Source of the DNA: Delftia acidovorans NBRC 14950
GTDB lineage: Bacteria > Pseudomonadota > Gammaproteobacteria > Burkholderiales > Burkholderiaceae_C
DNA length: 32,000 nucleotides
Assembly (NCBI RefSeq): GCF_001598795.1
Contig: NZ_BCZP01000035.1
Location: forward strand, 1-32,000
Direction: 5' to 3'
Part shown: positions 17,301 to 24,543 of the stretch, in pieces
Position numbering within the stretch: the first letter of the stretch is position 1
How the letters are laid out: every line of letters starts with the position of its first letter
Made by a program: the position numbers and the translations under genes
Notes under the pieces: model-generated
Told to the model about the DNA's origin: nothing
Database searches by the model: none
The model's input: only the letters and a program-made list of their open reading frames with translations

Positions 17301-18148
17301 CGCTTGTCCCACAGCGCGCCATGGCCGTCGAGCTGTCCATCCAGCCACAGCTGCAGGCGCTGTGCCTTGTCGTCCCAGCCGGCCGCCAGGGCCAGCAGGC
17401 GGCTGCGGCGCTGCTCCATGGCGCGCTGCAGGCAGTCGGCCAGGCTGCCCTCGCCCGCGCCGGGCACGGGGGGCTCGCGCAGCAGGGCGCGCATGTCATC
17501 GACCAGGGCGCCGACGTGGGGCCAGATCTTCAGGACCTCGTCCAGCAGCTCGTCGGACAGCGGGTAGCACTGCTGGCGCCAGTAGTCCTGCGCGGCCTCG
17601 GTCTGTCGCTGACTTTCGTCGGGCTCCAGCGTTTCGTCGAAGAGGTTGCCGCTGTCGAAGGCATGCTCGCGCAGCATGCGCTGGCACCAGGCGTCGATGG
17701 TGTGGATGGCCGCGTCGTCCATGCATTCGGCCGCCATGGCCAGGCGCCAGGCCGCGCGTTCACGGGCCGCGCCTTCGGGGTAGGCCTCGCGCAGCGCGTG
17801 CAGGAAGGCGTCGTGGGGCGCGGGCTCGGCCTCGCCGCGAAAGCACTGCACGGCCTCGATCAGGCGCTTGCGTATGCGGTCGGACAGCTCGCGCGTGGCC
17901 GCGCGCGTGAAGGTCATGACGAGGATGTCGGGCGGCATCAGCGGGCGCTCGAAGGCCGTGCTGCCCTCGCCATGCCCCAGCACCAGGCGCAGGTAGAGCG
18001 CAGCAATGGTCCAGGTCTTGCCGGTGCCGGCGCTGGCCTCGATCAGGCGGCTGCCCCACAGCGGGAAGCGCTGTGCGTCGAGCACATGGCTGGTCACGTC
18101 GCCGTCCACATCGCCGGTCACGGCGCCGATCATTTCGCTCGCGCTCAT
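14318..18148 (-). CDS. recB: Exodeoxyribonuclease V beta subunit RecB (helicase-nuclease).
   Basis: 1276 aa. LIEASAGTGKTWTIAALYLRLVL, UvrD-type motifs (DEFQDTSPLQY, LIGDPKQSIYGFRGAD, VTVHKSKGLEYP), and a C-terminal PD-(D/E)XK nuclease (GFADLVF..EGRYWVLDYKSN). The ATG overlaps the recC stop (ATGA at 18145-18148), and GGGGGAGG Shine-Dalgarno lies upstream. Confidence 0.97.
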   Translation of the reverse strand: MSASEMIGAVTGDVDGDVTSHVLDAQRFPLWGSRLIEASAGTGKTWTIAALYLRLVLGHGEGSTAFERPLMPPDILVMTFTRAATRELSDRIRKRLIEAVQCFRGEAEPAPHDAFLHALREAYPEGAARERAAWRLAMAAECMDDAAIHTIDAWCQRMLREHAFDSGNLFDETLEPDESQRQTEAAQDYWRQQCYPLSDELLDEVLKIWPHVGALVDDMRALLREPPVPGAGEGSLADCLQRAMEQRRSRLLALAAGWDDKAQRLQLWLDGQLDGHGALWDKRKLQPARYTGWLAALADWSRAPLDGPLALTEAARHRLSPEGLAEAFKGSAGDVLMPLELDELQALLVQLEQLPPVSVAVRLHAAARVAQRLAHLKRQAGSFGFADMLQRLDTALAGDNGAVLRERILAQYPVALIDEFQDTSPLQYRLFDQIYRTAANDPHSALLLIGDPKQSIYGFRGADIHSYLQARRATEGRHYVLGTNYRSTQALVGAVNHWFAQAEQRPGEGAFMFRRGSHNPLPFEPVAAQGRRELLHTRDGAMPALTVAWSAGSDEDTGIPLPLSADEVRRRFAAHCAEQIVQWLADPQAGFVQPDGRLVRLRPADIAVLVRTGREAAAVRRELQARAVASVYLSDQDSVFASDEAHDLLYWLRAVAAPLDAQAVRAGLATRLIGLSLDELAWLAADEEAFDVRSEQLRELHSIWLRLGVLAMLRQTLYRLDLPVRWLQDPAMGGERRLTNYLHLAELLQTASAQLEGEQALIRWLATQIETPGSGSEEQVVRLESDADLVKLVTVHKSKGLEYPLVCLPFAGSFRPMERARTPFLTLSAQDESQDDAAPARRLLLDFSDEELAQADRERLREDLRLFYVALTRPRHALWLGLAPLKRGNGKACVNEQGAAGYLLGGTEPRSAQGWRDGLQQLCGEDPHMAWRDLDAVPLQRTRWQPPAGATPLHDAPAYDARFDTRWGIGSFSALVRAMAAPSLPVLPVAVQRPAEDEQALEPPPSPELADIAGLAGLQSLQDGPAAGPAVWHRFLRGPVVGNFVHDQLEWLGGEDFALPVDGQGALADRLVRRCERAGRGEQARDLLAWLTAVVHQPLAPLDVTLATLGPQLSEMEFWLPARQLPAERIDQLCRRFILPGQERPALPQRSLHGMLMGFADLVFCHEGRYWVLDYKSNHLGPDGAAYGQEALARAMLHHRYDVQAALYLLALHRLLRSRLGTAYEPQRQLGGALYYFLRGIDGPAGGMHAMAPELPLLDALDELLGPGRADMQEPP

Positions 18149-21100
18149 TGCGCCTCCCCCTGGTACGGCAGGACCTGCACCTGCGCGGCCACCCAGTCGA
18201 GCAGCGGCGCGTGGGCGGCATGGGCCAGGGCCTCGAAACGGCCATCGGCGCTCAGGCGTTCGAAGTCAGGGTAGCAGCGGGCCCAGGACGGGTCCTCGCC
18301 CTCGCCGCCGACCAGATGACCACCCTCATAGGCCTGCTGTGCCGCAGCGGGAAAGCCTTCGGCCATGGCCAGGCCGCTGCGCAGCGGCAGGGGCAGCGGG
18401 CCGTTCTGGCCTTCGCGCCACAGGGCCATCAATTCACGCAGCCGTGCCAGCGCTTCGGAAGGGTCCATGGGCAGCACCTGCACCAGGCCGTCGCGCGCCA
18501 CCACGCGCAACTCGGCCTGCGAGCCGCTGGCGGCCAGCGCCAGGCTGCGCAGGTAGACCGGCATGAGCTTGTCGGCATGGGGCCTGCCCTTGGCATTGAG
18601 CAGGTTGCGCGGGTCCAGCAGCAGCCAGCACTGTGCGTCGTCCGCATCGGGGGACTCTTCGGTTTCGCAGGACTGGCGCAGCCCGTCGATCCAGTCGTCG
18701 AACACCAGGCCATCGTCCTCGATCAGCAGCCGCCTGCGCGGCGCGGGATGGGCATACCGATCCAGTTGCTGGCGCCAGGCCCGCAGCGAAGGCGTGACCG
18801 AGGACTGCAGCGCCCGCGCGCCGCGCTCGCCCAGCCCCGCCAGCGGCAGCCGCCCCGAGCGCGTGAGGCGCGCCACGGCGGCGCGCACGCTGTCTTCCAT
18901 GGCCTGGGGCGCCTGCCCGGGCTCGTCCAGGCCGGCCGCCACCTGCTGCTGCAACTGCTGCACCAGCAGGTATTCGGTCAGGCCGTCGAGCTGGAACAGT
19001 TCCTCGTCCACCACGGGGTTGTCCTCCTGCTCGAAGCGCACCTGCAGGCGCTGGCGCAGGTAGGCGCGCGCCGGGTGGCGCAGGAAATCGGTGAGCCGGG
19101 CCAGCGTCAGCGGCGCCGAGGCGTCGGGGACAAAGGGCGGGCGCGGCTGCGCGGGCAGCGGAGGCAACGCGTCCGTGCCGTCCGACTGCGCATGCGCGGC
19201 CCGCCATTCGCGCGCATAGGTGGTCCAGGGCGAGCCTTCTTCGAAATAGCGGCGACTGAAGGGCTGCAGCGGATGCTGCTGCGTGCGCTGCGCCAGCAGC
19301 GGCTGGCCGCCTTCGCCGCGCCAACCTGTCTCCAGGTAGTCGCGCAGCTGGGAGACCAGGACCGAGGGCGGCTGCTCGCTGTTGTCGCGCACATGGTGGC
19401 CGGTCCAGCTGATGTAGAGCGCGCGGCGTGCGGACAGCAGGGCTTCGAGCATGAGCTGGCGGTCATCGTCGCGGCGCGCGCGGTCGCCGGGGCGCTGCTG
19501 GCCGGGCAGCGCCATCAGGTCGAAGTCGCTGCGCGTGGCGCGGCGCGGATAGTCGCCATCGTTCATGCCCAGCAGGCAGACCACCTCGAAGGGAATGGCC
19601 CGCATGGGCATCAGCGTGCAAAAGGTCACGCCACCGGCGCGAAAGCGCTGCGACAGCGAGGGCTGCTCCAGCGCCTGCATCCAGGCCTCCTGGGCCACGC
19701 CCAGTTCCACGGCGTCCGCATAGCCGGCCTGCTCGCAGGCGCGCTGCCAGTCCGTGAGGGCGGCGTCCAGCGCGGCCAGCATGGCCTCGTCCTCATCGTC
19801 CTGCGCCTTGAAGAAGTCCTGCAGCAGTGCGCGAAAGCGCTGCGCCCAGACCTCGGGCGTGGCGGGCCGCCCGGCCTCGCGCCACCAGGCCAGCATGCGC
19901 TCCAGCAGCGCAGCCAGCACGCCGGCCAGCTCGGCCGACAGGCCGCCCACTTCGTCATAGGGCTCGATGCCGCCAAAGGCCTGGCCGTCCTGCGCCACGC
20001 CGCCGGCATAGCCCAGCAGCATGCGCTGCAGGCCGAACCAGGCGCTGTTGTGCTCGCCGCAGGCCTGCAGGCCCAGGGCGCCGCGCTGCGGCGCATTGAG
20101 TCCCCAGCGGATGCCGGCCCCGGCCATCCAGCGCGTGAGCTGGGGCAGGTCGTCGGCCGCCAGCCCCATGCGCGCGGCAATCGCGGGGACGTCCAGCAGG
20201 TCGCACAGCTCGCTGAGCCGGCAGCGCTGCTGGGGCAGGCGCAGCAGCCATTGCAGGGCCACGGCCAGCGGGCTGCTGGCGCGCGCACCCAGGTCGGCGA
20301 TGTCGAAGGGAATGTGGCGCGGGTCATGGCGGCCGTACTGGCCGAAGACCGCACGTATCGAGGGCGCTGCCGTCTCTATGGACGGCAGCATGACCACCAC
20401 GTCACGCGGGGCCAGCGGCGCTTGCCCTGGCTGGGCAGGATCCGGTGGCCGGGCCAGCATCTGCAGCAGCTGGTCGTGCAGCACCTCCAGTTCGCGCACC
20501 ACGCTGTGGGCGCTGTGAAAGACGATGGAACGATCGGCCCGCGCCACCTCCAGCGGCGGGTGCTCGGCCAGCGGCACCAGGTCGCGGATGCGCTGCTGTA
20601 CCTGGGCCAGCAGCGGCGCGGTGCGCAGGTCCTCGGCATCGGTTTCGTCGAACAGGTCCACGCGCGGCATCTGCAGCTGCGCGGCGGCACCCGTGGTGTC
20701 GAAGGCGTCGAGCTGGCGCACATAGTCGCGGCTTTGCCGGCCCCAGGCGGCCAGCAGCGGATGGGCGTGGGCATGCATGGCCTCCAGCGGCAGCTGCGCC
20801 AGATCGCGCCCGCCGCGCAGCGGCTGGCGGCGCCGCGCCATGCGCAGCAGCTCGCGCCCGTCGATGGCGTCGGCCCAATGGAAGCGGCAGGGATTGGGCA
20901 CGGCCAGCAGCACCTGGCTGTGGCGGGCGATGGCCGCCAGGAACTCCAGCAGGCTCAGCGGCAACTGGCTGATGCCGAACACCACCACGCGGCGTGCCAG
21001 CGGCGCGGCCGGCGCCTCGCCGGACTGCAGCGCGGCCAGCACCCTGCCCTGCAGGCGCGCGCGCGTGGCGCCGCGCTGGTCCTCGTCCAGCTCGGCCAGC

Positions 21101-21690
21101 ACGGCGCGCCACAGGCGCGGCTGCCACTGCTGGCCTTCGGGCACCGGGGCGTCCGCCACACCAGGGCGCAAGGGCATGGGCAGCACGTCATGCCCGGCCT
21201 CCCAGGCATCCAGCCAGTCGGCGCGGTAGATCTGGTATTGGTCGAAAAGGTCGGCTAGGCGCTGGGCCAACTGCAGCAGCCGCTCGGGCTCGCCGGGGCG
21301 CAGAAAGCCTGCAATGGGGGCGAACGCCGGGTCATGAAGGCACTGCGGCAGCAGGCGCATGAGCCGCCAGGTCATGGGCGTCTTGTCCAGGGGCGATTCG
21401 CGCGGCACGGCCTGGCGGCCCAGCACCTGGCGGTAGCTGCGCCACACAAAGCGCGCAGGCAGTTCCACGCGCGCGGCGGCGCACACGCCCAGCTGCTCGG
21501 CCATGCGCATCTTGAACCACTCGGCCATGCCGTTGCTCTGCACCAGCACCACCTCGGGCTCCAGCACATCCAGCGGGTGCGCAGCCAGCCATGCCAGCAC
21601 CGTGTCGGCCAGCACCTCCGTCTGATTCCCGTGCAGGGCGATCAAGCCCGGCTGCCAATGCGATGCCACCTCTGCGCCCCCGTGCTCCAA
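18145..21690 (-). CDS. recC: Exodeoxyribonuclease V gamma subunit RecC.
   Basis: Collinear with RecC from ...LIALHGNQTEVLADTVLAWL, which corresponds to the E. coli MLRVYHSNRLDVL start. The start is uncertain. The first codon of the track ORF at 21690 is TTG. A GTG at 21669 (GGGGG upstream) or a TTG at 21645 are alternatives. Confidence 0.92.
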   Translation of the reverse strand: MEHGGAEVASHWQPGLIALHGNQTEVLADTVLAWLAAHPLDVLEPEVVLVQSNGMAEWFKMRMAEQLGVCAAARVELPARFVWRSYRQVLGRQAVPRESPLDKTPMTWRLMRLLPQCLHDPAFAPIAGFLRPGEPERLLQLAQRLADLFDQYQIYRADWLDAWEAGHDVLPMPLRPGVADAPVPEGQQWQPRLWRAVLAELDEDQRGATRARLQGRVLAALQSGEAPAAPLARRVVVFGISQLPLSLLEFLAAIARHSQVLLAVPNPCRFHWADAIDGRELLRMARRRQPLRGGRDLAQLPLEAMHAHAHPLLAAWGRQSRDYVRQLDAFDTTGAAAQLQMPRVDLFDETDAEDLRTAPLLAQVQQRIRDLVPLAEHPPLEVARADRSIVFHSAHSVVRELEVLHDQLLQMLARPPDPAQPGQAPLAPRDVVVMLPSIETAAPSIRAVFGQYGRHDPRHIPFDIADLGARASSPLAVALQWLLRLPQQRCRLSELCDLLDVPAIAARMGLAADDLPQLTRWMAGAGIRWGLNAPQRGALGLQACGEHNSAWFGLQRMLLGYAGGVAQDGQAFGGIEPYDEVGGLSAELAGVLAALLERMLAWWREAGRPATPEVWAQRFRALLQDFFKAQDDEDEAMLAALDAALTDWQRACEQAGYADAVELGVAQEAWMQALEQPSLSQRFRAGGVTFCTLMPMRAIPFEVVCLLGMNDGDYPRRATRSDFDLMALPGQQRPGDRARRDDDRQLMLEALLSARRALYISWTGHHVRDNSEQPPSVLVSQLRDYLETGWRGEGGQPLLAQRTQQHPLQPFSRRYFEEGSPWTTYAREWRAAHAQSDGTDALPPLPAQPRPPFVPDASAPLTLARLTDFLRHPARAYLRQRLQVRFEQEDNPVVDEELFQLDGLTEYLLVQQLQQQVAAGLDEPGQAPQAMEDSVRAAVARLTRSGRLPLAGLGERGARALQSSVTPSLRAWRQQLDRYAHPAPRRRLLIEDDGLVFDDWIDGLRQSCETEESPDADDAQCWLLLDPRNLLNAKGRPHADKLMPVYLRSLALAASGSQAELRVVARDGLVQVLPMDPSEALARLRELMALWREGQNGPLPLPLRSGLAMAEGFPAAAQQAYEGGHLVGGEGEDPSWARCYPDFERLSADGRFEALAHAAHAPLLDWVAAQVQVLPYQGEAQ

Positions 21691-21739
21691 GCCATGCGAG
21701 CAGCGAGCTTAACGCGGGCAGGGCCTGCCTGCAGGCTGA

Positions 21740-22192
21740 TTACCAGTGCAGGTAGAACATGGCCTTGGCCAGCAGCACGATGGCCAGCACGTGGCAGAAC
21801 ACGCTCAGGTGCAGGCGGTGCGAGCGGCGCCCGCCCAGCACACCGCGCCGGCGCCACCACATGGCCGCCAGGAAATGCCCGAACACGCTGAGCGCCAGCA
21901 CGATCTTGAGCGCCAGCAGCAGGCCGAAGCTGCTGGCCAGCGGAGCGGCAAAGGCGGCAGCCAATGCCGCGCGGTGCTGCCAGGCCAGCCCCAGCCCCGC
22001 GCCGTACAGCACCATCAGCACCCAGGGCATGACGGCGACCGCGCGGTCGCCCAACGCCTGCTCGGTGGCGCGCGCCACGGCAGCGGGCAGGTGGCGGCGC
22101 GCTCCGGCCAGCAGCACGACTTCGAAGAACACAGTGCCTGCAAAGGCAATGGCCGCCAGCAGGTGCAGGGTCAGCAGCAGTCCGTAGCTCAT
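21740..22192 (-). CDS. Small 4-TM integral membrane protein of unknown function, third gene of the nnrS-nsrR unit.
   Basis: ATG at 22192 with AAGGAG 7 nt upstream, overlapping the nsrR stop (ATGA). 150 aa with four hydrophobic segments and His residues in helices (TLHLLAAIAF, VFGHFLAAMWW, VFCHVLAIVLL). Assignment to a CopD/HemJ-like fold is only a guess. Confidence 0.7.
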   Translation of the reverse strand: MSYGLLLTLHLLAAIAFAGTVFFEVVLLAGARRHLPAAVARATEQALGDRAVAVMPWVLMVLYGAGLGLAWQHRAALAAAFAAPLASSFGLLLALKIVLALSVFGHFLAAMWWRRRGVLGGRRSHRLHLSVFCHVLAIVLLAKAMFYLHW

Positions 22193-22641
22193 GCGCGGCT
22201 CCTTTGCGGCAGAGGCAGGGGCAGCGGCAGGGATGCGGGAGCCGGCAGCAGATCGGCCAGCGTGAAGCCGTCCAGATGGGCCATGAAGCTGTCCAGCGCC
22301 CCGCCCAGCACGCCGGCCAGCCGGCAGTCCTGCGCAAGCGTGCAGGCAGGCGGGCTGGTGCCCGTGAAGCATTCGACGATGGCAAGGTCCGGCTCCATGC
22401 CGCGCACCACGTCGCCCAGGCCGATGTCGGCCGGCGCATGGGCCAGGCGCATGCCGCCGCCCTTGCCCCGCACGGTCACGATCCAGCCGCCCAGCGCCAA
22501 CTGGTGCGTGACCTTCATGAGGTGGGCTTCGGAGATGGCATGGGCCTGGGCGATCTCGGCAATCGTGCACAGCCGCCCGGGGTGGCGCGCCACATGCATG
22601 AGCAGGCGCAGCGCGTAGTCGGTCATCAGGGTCAGGCGCAT
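22189..22641 (-). CDS. nsrR: Rrf2-family Fe-S transcriptional repressor, NsrR-like (nitric-oxide sensing).
   Basis: ATG at 22641 with GGAGG 7 nt upstream. MRLTLMTDYALRLLMHVARHPGRLCTIAEIAQAHAISEAHLMKVTHQLALGGWIVTVRGKGGGMRLA is an Rrf2 winged helix. Three cluster-ligand cysteines lie in ECFTGTSPPACTLAQDCRL. The gene is adjacent to nnrS, and an NsrR-type operator lies upstream of the unit. Confidence 0.85.
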   Translation of the reverse strand: MRLTLMTDYALRLLMHVARHPGRLCTIAEIAQAHAISEAHLMKVTHQLALGGWIVTVRGKGGGMRLAHAPADIGLGDVVRGMEPDLAIVECFTGTSPPACTLAQDCRLAGVLGGALDSFMAHLDGFTLADLLPAPASLPLPLPLPQRSRA

Positions 22642-22654
22642 GGCAGGCCTCCGA

Positions 22655-23851
22655 TCATGCCTGCCGGTCGGCACGCGGGCGCACCAGCAGCGGGGCGAAA
22701 CGCCACAGGTACAGCGCAAAGGCCAATACCCAGGCTGCGGCCGAGGCATGCAGCGCCGCCAGCGACAGCGCCGTGGGCAGCAGGGCCGCCAGGCGCAGCA
22801 CGGCAGCGGCAATGACCAGGGCATAGGCGGCGACCATGCTGCGGTCGGTGCGCAGCGGCAGGCCCAGGTGGCCCATCGACGTCCGTGTGCACATGCCGAT
22901 GATGAGCAGGGCAAAGCCGCCCGCACCGATCACATGCACGGGCCAGGCGGGGCGCAGCACCCAACCGGCCGCATGCGCGCCGGCCACCAGCAGGCCCGCA
23001 CCCAGCGCCGCGTGGCCCAGGTAGAGAATCCACAGCAGCGGCACGCGGCGCACGGCCTGGGGCTTCCAGGCCAGCACCTGCCACAGGGCGATCAGGCCCG
23101 CCACGGCCAGGCCGGCCGCCATGCCAGGCATCCAGCCCGCCAGCAGGCAGGCGATGGCCACCACGCCCGCACCCAGTTGCCACTGGCCGCTGGCCGTGTG
23201 CATGGGAATCTGCAGGCCGGCAACGGCGCGCATGGCGAAGAAGGGAATCACGCGCCGCGCGATCAGCAGCGCAATCACGGCCATGCACAGCAGGCCTGCG
23301 TTGAAGCGCTGCATGAGCGCGCCGTAGTCGCCTTGCCAGATGGACCACAGGTACAGCGCATCGGCCACGCCCAGGCCCGCCAGCAGCAGGGGCAGCCCGT
23401 AGTTGCGCCGGCTGCGCGCGGCATGGATGGCGCGGCCCAACGCCAGCGCGGCCCAGGCAAAGAAGGCGGTATCGCACAGCGCAGCCACGGCAAAGGCCTG
23501 CGGCCCGGGCAGCAGAAAGCCCGCACGGGCGATCAGCCACAGCAGGCACAGCGCGCCCAGCGCCCGGCCCTGCAGCGGATTGCGTCCCGTCCAGTTGCTG
23601 CCCGCCGTGAACAGAAAGCCTACGGCGATGGTGGCCACGAAGGCCCACAGCATCTCGTGCGCATGCCAGAACACGCCGGGCATGCGACCGGTGATCCTCT
23701 GCGGCGCATGGACCCACAGCGCCACCGACAGCGCGGCCCAGAGGCAGCCCAGCAGGTACAGCGGCCGAAATCCCAATTCGAGGAATGCCTTCCATTGCGG
23801 CGCCGGCTCCCGGGTTCTCAGGGGTTCCTCCAGCTCCATCCATTGCGCCAT
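22655..23851 (-). CDS. nnrS: NnrS family membrane protein (haem/copper protein of the NO stress response).
   Basis: ATG at 23851 with GGAAGGAG upstream. 398 aa and polytopic. The N-terminal FLELGFRPLYLLG..WAALSV..W and HAHEMLWAFVATIAVGFLFTAGSNWTG are typical NnrS signatures. Confidence 0.9.
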   Translation of the reverse strand: MAQWMELEEPLRTREPAPQWKAFLELGFRPLYLLGCLWAALSVALWVHAPQRITGRMPGVFWHAHEMLWAFVATIAVGFLFTAGSNWTGRNPLQGRALGALCLLWLIARAGFLLPGPQAFAVAALCDTAFFAWAALALGRAIHAARSRRNYGLPLLLAGLGVADALYLWSIWQGDYGALMQRFNAGLLCMAVIALLIARRVIPFFAMRAVAGLQIPMHTASGQWQLGAGVVAIACLLAGWMPGMAAGLAVAGLIALWQVLAWKPQAVRRVPLLWILYLGHAALGAGLLVAGAHAAGWVLRPAWPVHVIGAGGFALLIIGMCTRTSMGHLGLPLRTDRSMVAAYALVIAAAVLRLAALLPTALSLAALHASAAAWVLAFALYLWRFAPLLVRPRADRQA

Positions 23852-23885
23852 GATGTGCACTCCTTCCGGCCCGCTGCGCCTGCAT

Positions 23886-23908
23886 AAGATGCATCCAGCG
23901 TACATCTT
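23886..23908. promoter_or_regulatory. NsrR operator (11-1-11 inverted repeat) in the nnrS / cupin divergent region.
   Basis: AAGATGCATCC-A-GCGTACATCTT compared with the NsrR consensus AAGATGyATTT-n-AAATrCATCTT as I recall it. The outer 8 bp of each arm form an imperfect palindrome with one mismatch. The operator overlaps a candidate nnrS promoter on the minus strand: -35 TTGAAG at 23906-23911, 16-nt spacer, -10 TCTTAT at 23884-23889. Confidence 0.75.
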
Positions 23909-23970
23909 CAAGTGCACAGGCGAGGCGGCGGCGCAACCACCTTCTGATCCACATCAAGCAGGAGCCAAGC

Positions 23971-24300
23971 ATGGCACTCGAACACGCAAAGCCACTAGAG
24001 GTCATCGCCCTGCACGCCCGCGACGGCATGCCCATCAGCACCAGCCTGATCCGAACGCCGAAGCTGCAACTGCTGCGCCTGGTGCTGCCACCGGGCCATG
24101 CCCTGCCCAGCCATCAGGTCCCCGGCGAGGCCACCATCCACTGCCTGGCGGGCGAGGCCGGCATTGCCACGCGCCTGGCAAGCCTGCGGCTGGTGGCCGG
24201 CTCGGTGGTGCTGGTGCCTGCCGGCGAGCTGCACGATGTGCACGCGCGCGGCGACCAGGGCTGCGTGCTGTTGGTGACGATTGCGGGCGCGAACGACTGA
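23971..24300 (+). CDS. Small single-domain cupin protein.
   Basis: 109 aa with AGGAG Shine-Dalgarno. Cupin motif 1-like PPGHALPSHQVPGEATIHCLAGE and motif 2-like GSVVLVPAGELHDVHA. Followed by a terminator. Confidence 0.75.
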   Translation: MALEHAKPLEVIALHARDGMPISTSLIRTPKLQLLRLVLPPGHALPSHQVPGEATIHCLAGEAGIATRLASLRLVAGSVVLVPAGELHDVHARGDQGCVLLVTIAGAND

Positions 24301-24350
24301 AGGCGGCCGCAGCCGGCGCAAAGGCAGGATCACGCATTGCCTGAGGCACA

Positions 24351-24393
24351 AAGAAAAACGGACCGCTTCTTGCGAAGCAGTCCGTAATTTTTT
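24351..24393. terminator. Bidirectional rho-independent terminator serving the cupin gene (+) and tRNA-Phe (-).
   Basis: AAAAACGGACCGCTTC ttgc GAAGCAGTCCGTAATTTTTT: a 12-bp stem with one mismatch, flanked by an A-run 5' and a T-run 3'. Confidence 0.8.
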
Positions 24394-24401
24394 ACTGAAT
24401 T

Positions 24402-24477
24402 TGGTGGCCTGGGACGGAATCGAACCGCCGACACAAGGATTTTCAATCCTCTGCTCTACCGACTGAGCTACCGGGCC
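24402..24477 (-). tRNA. tRNA-Phe (anticodon GAA), CCA-encoded.
   Basis: The reverse complement, GGCCCGGTAGCTCAGTCGGTAGAGCAGAGGATTGAAAATCCTTGTGTCGGCGGTTCGATTCCGTCCCAGGCCACCA, is nearly identical in the D-arm and anticodon arm to E. coli tRNA-Phe. It forms a cloverleaf with one C5-A68 mismatch in the acceptor stem. Confidence 0.95.
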
Positions 24478-24486
24478 GAGAACTAG

Positions 24487-24492
24487 ATTATA
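24487..24492 (-). promoter_or_regulatory. Perfect TATAAT -10 box for tRNA-Phe.
   Basis: On the minus strand, gcaTATAATctagttctcGGCCCGG places the -10 box 9 nt upstream of the mature tRNA 5' end. The -35 is unclear (T-rich/TTGGGT region). Confidence 0.4.
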
Positions 24493-24543
24493 TGCAGGAT
24501 TTTTTGACCCAAAAACGAAAAAGCCAAAATTCCTTCAAAAAGT

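Noticed and set aside
14027-18274. A 1415-aa plus-strand ORF antisense to recB. Similar giants are 18073-21258 (antisense to recC), 12336-14444 (recD), 25293-27587 (kinase), 6663-8150 (dadA) and 8393-9967 (FIST/PhaM-like).
   Set aside because: These are classic high-GC antisense artefacts. Stop codons are rare opposite GC3-rich genes. The translations are Arg/Ala/Gly/Pro/Gln-rich low-complexity strings with no recognisable motifs. The opposite strand encodes unmistakable RecB, RecC, RecD, HisKA and DadA motifs.
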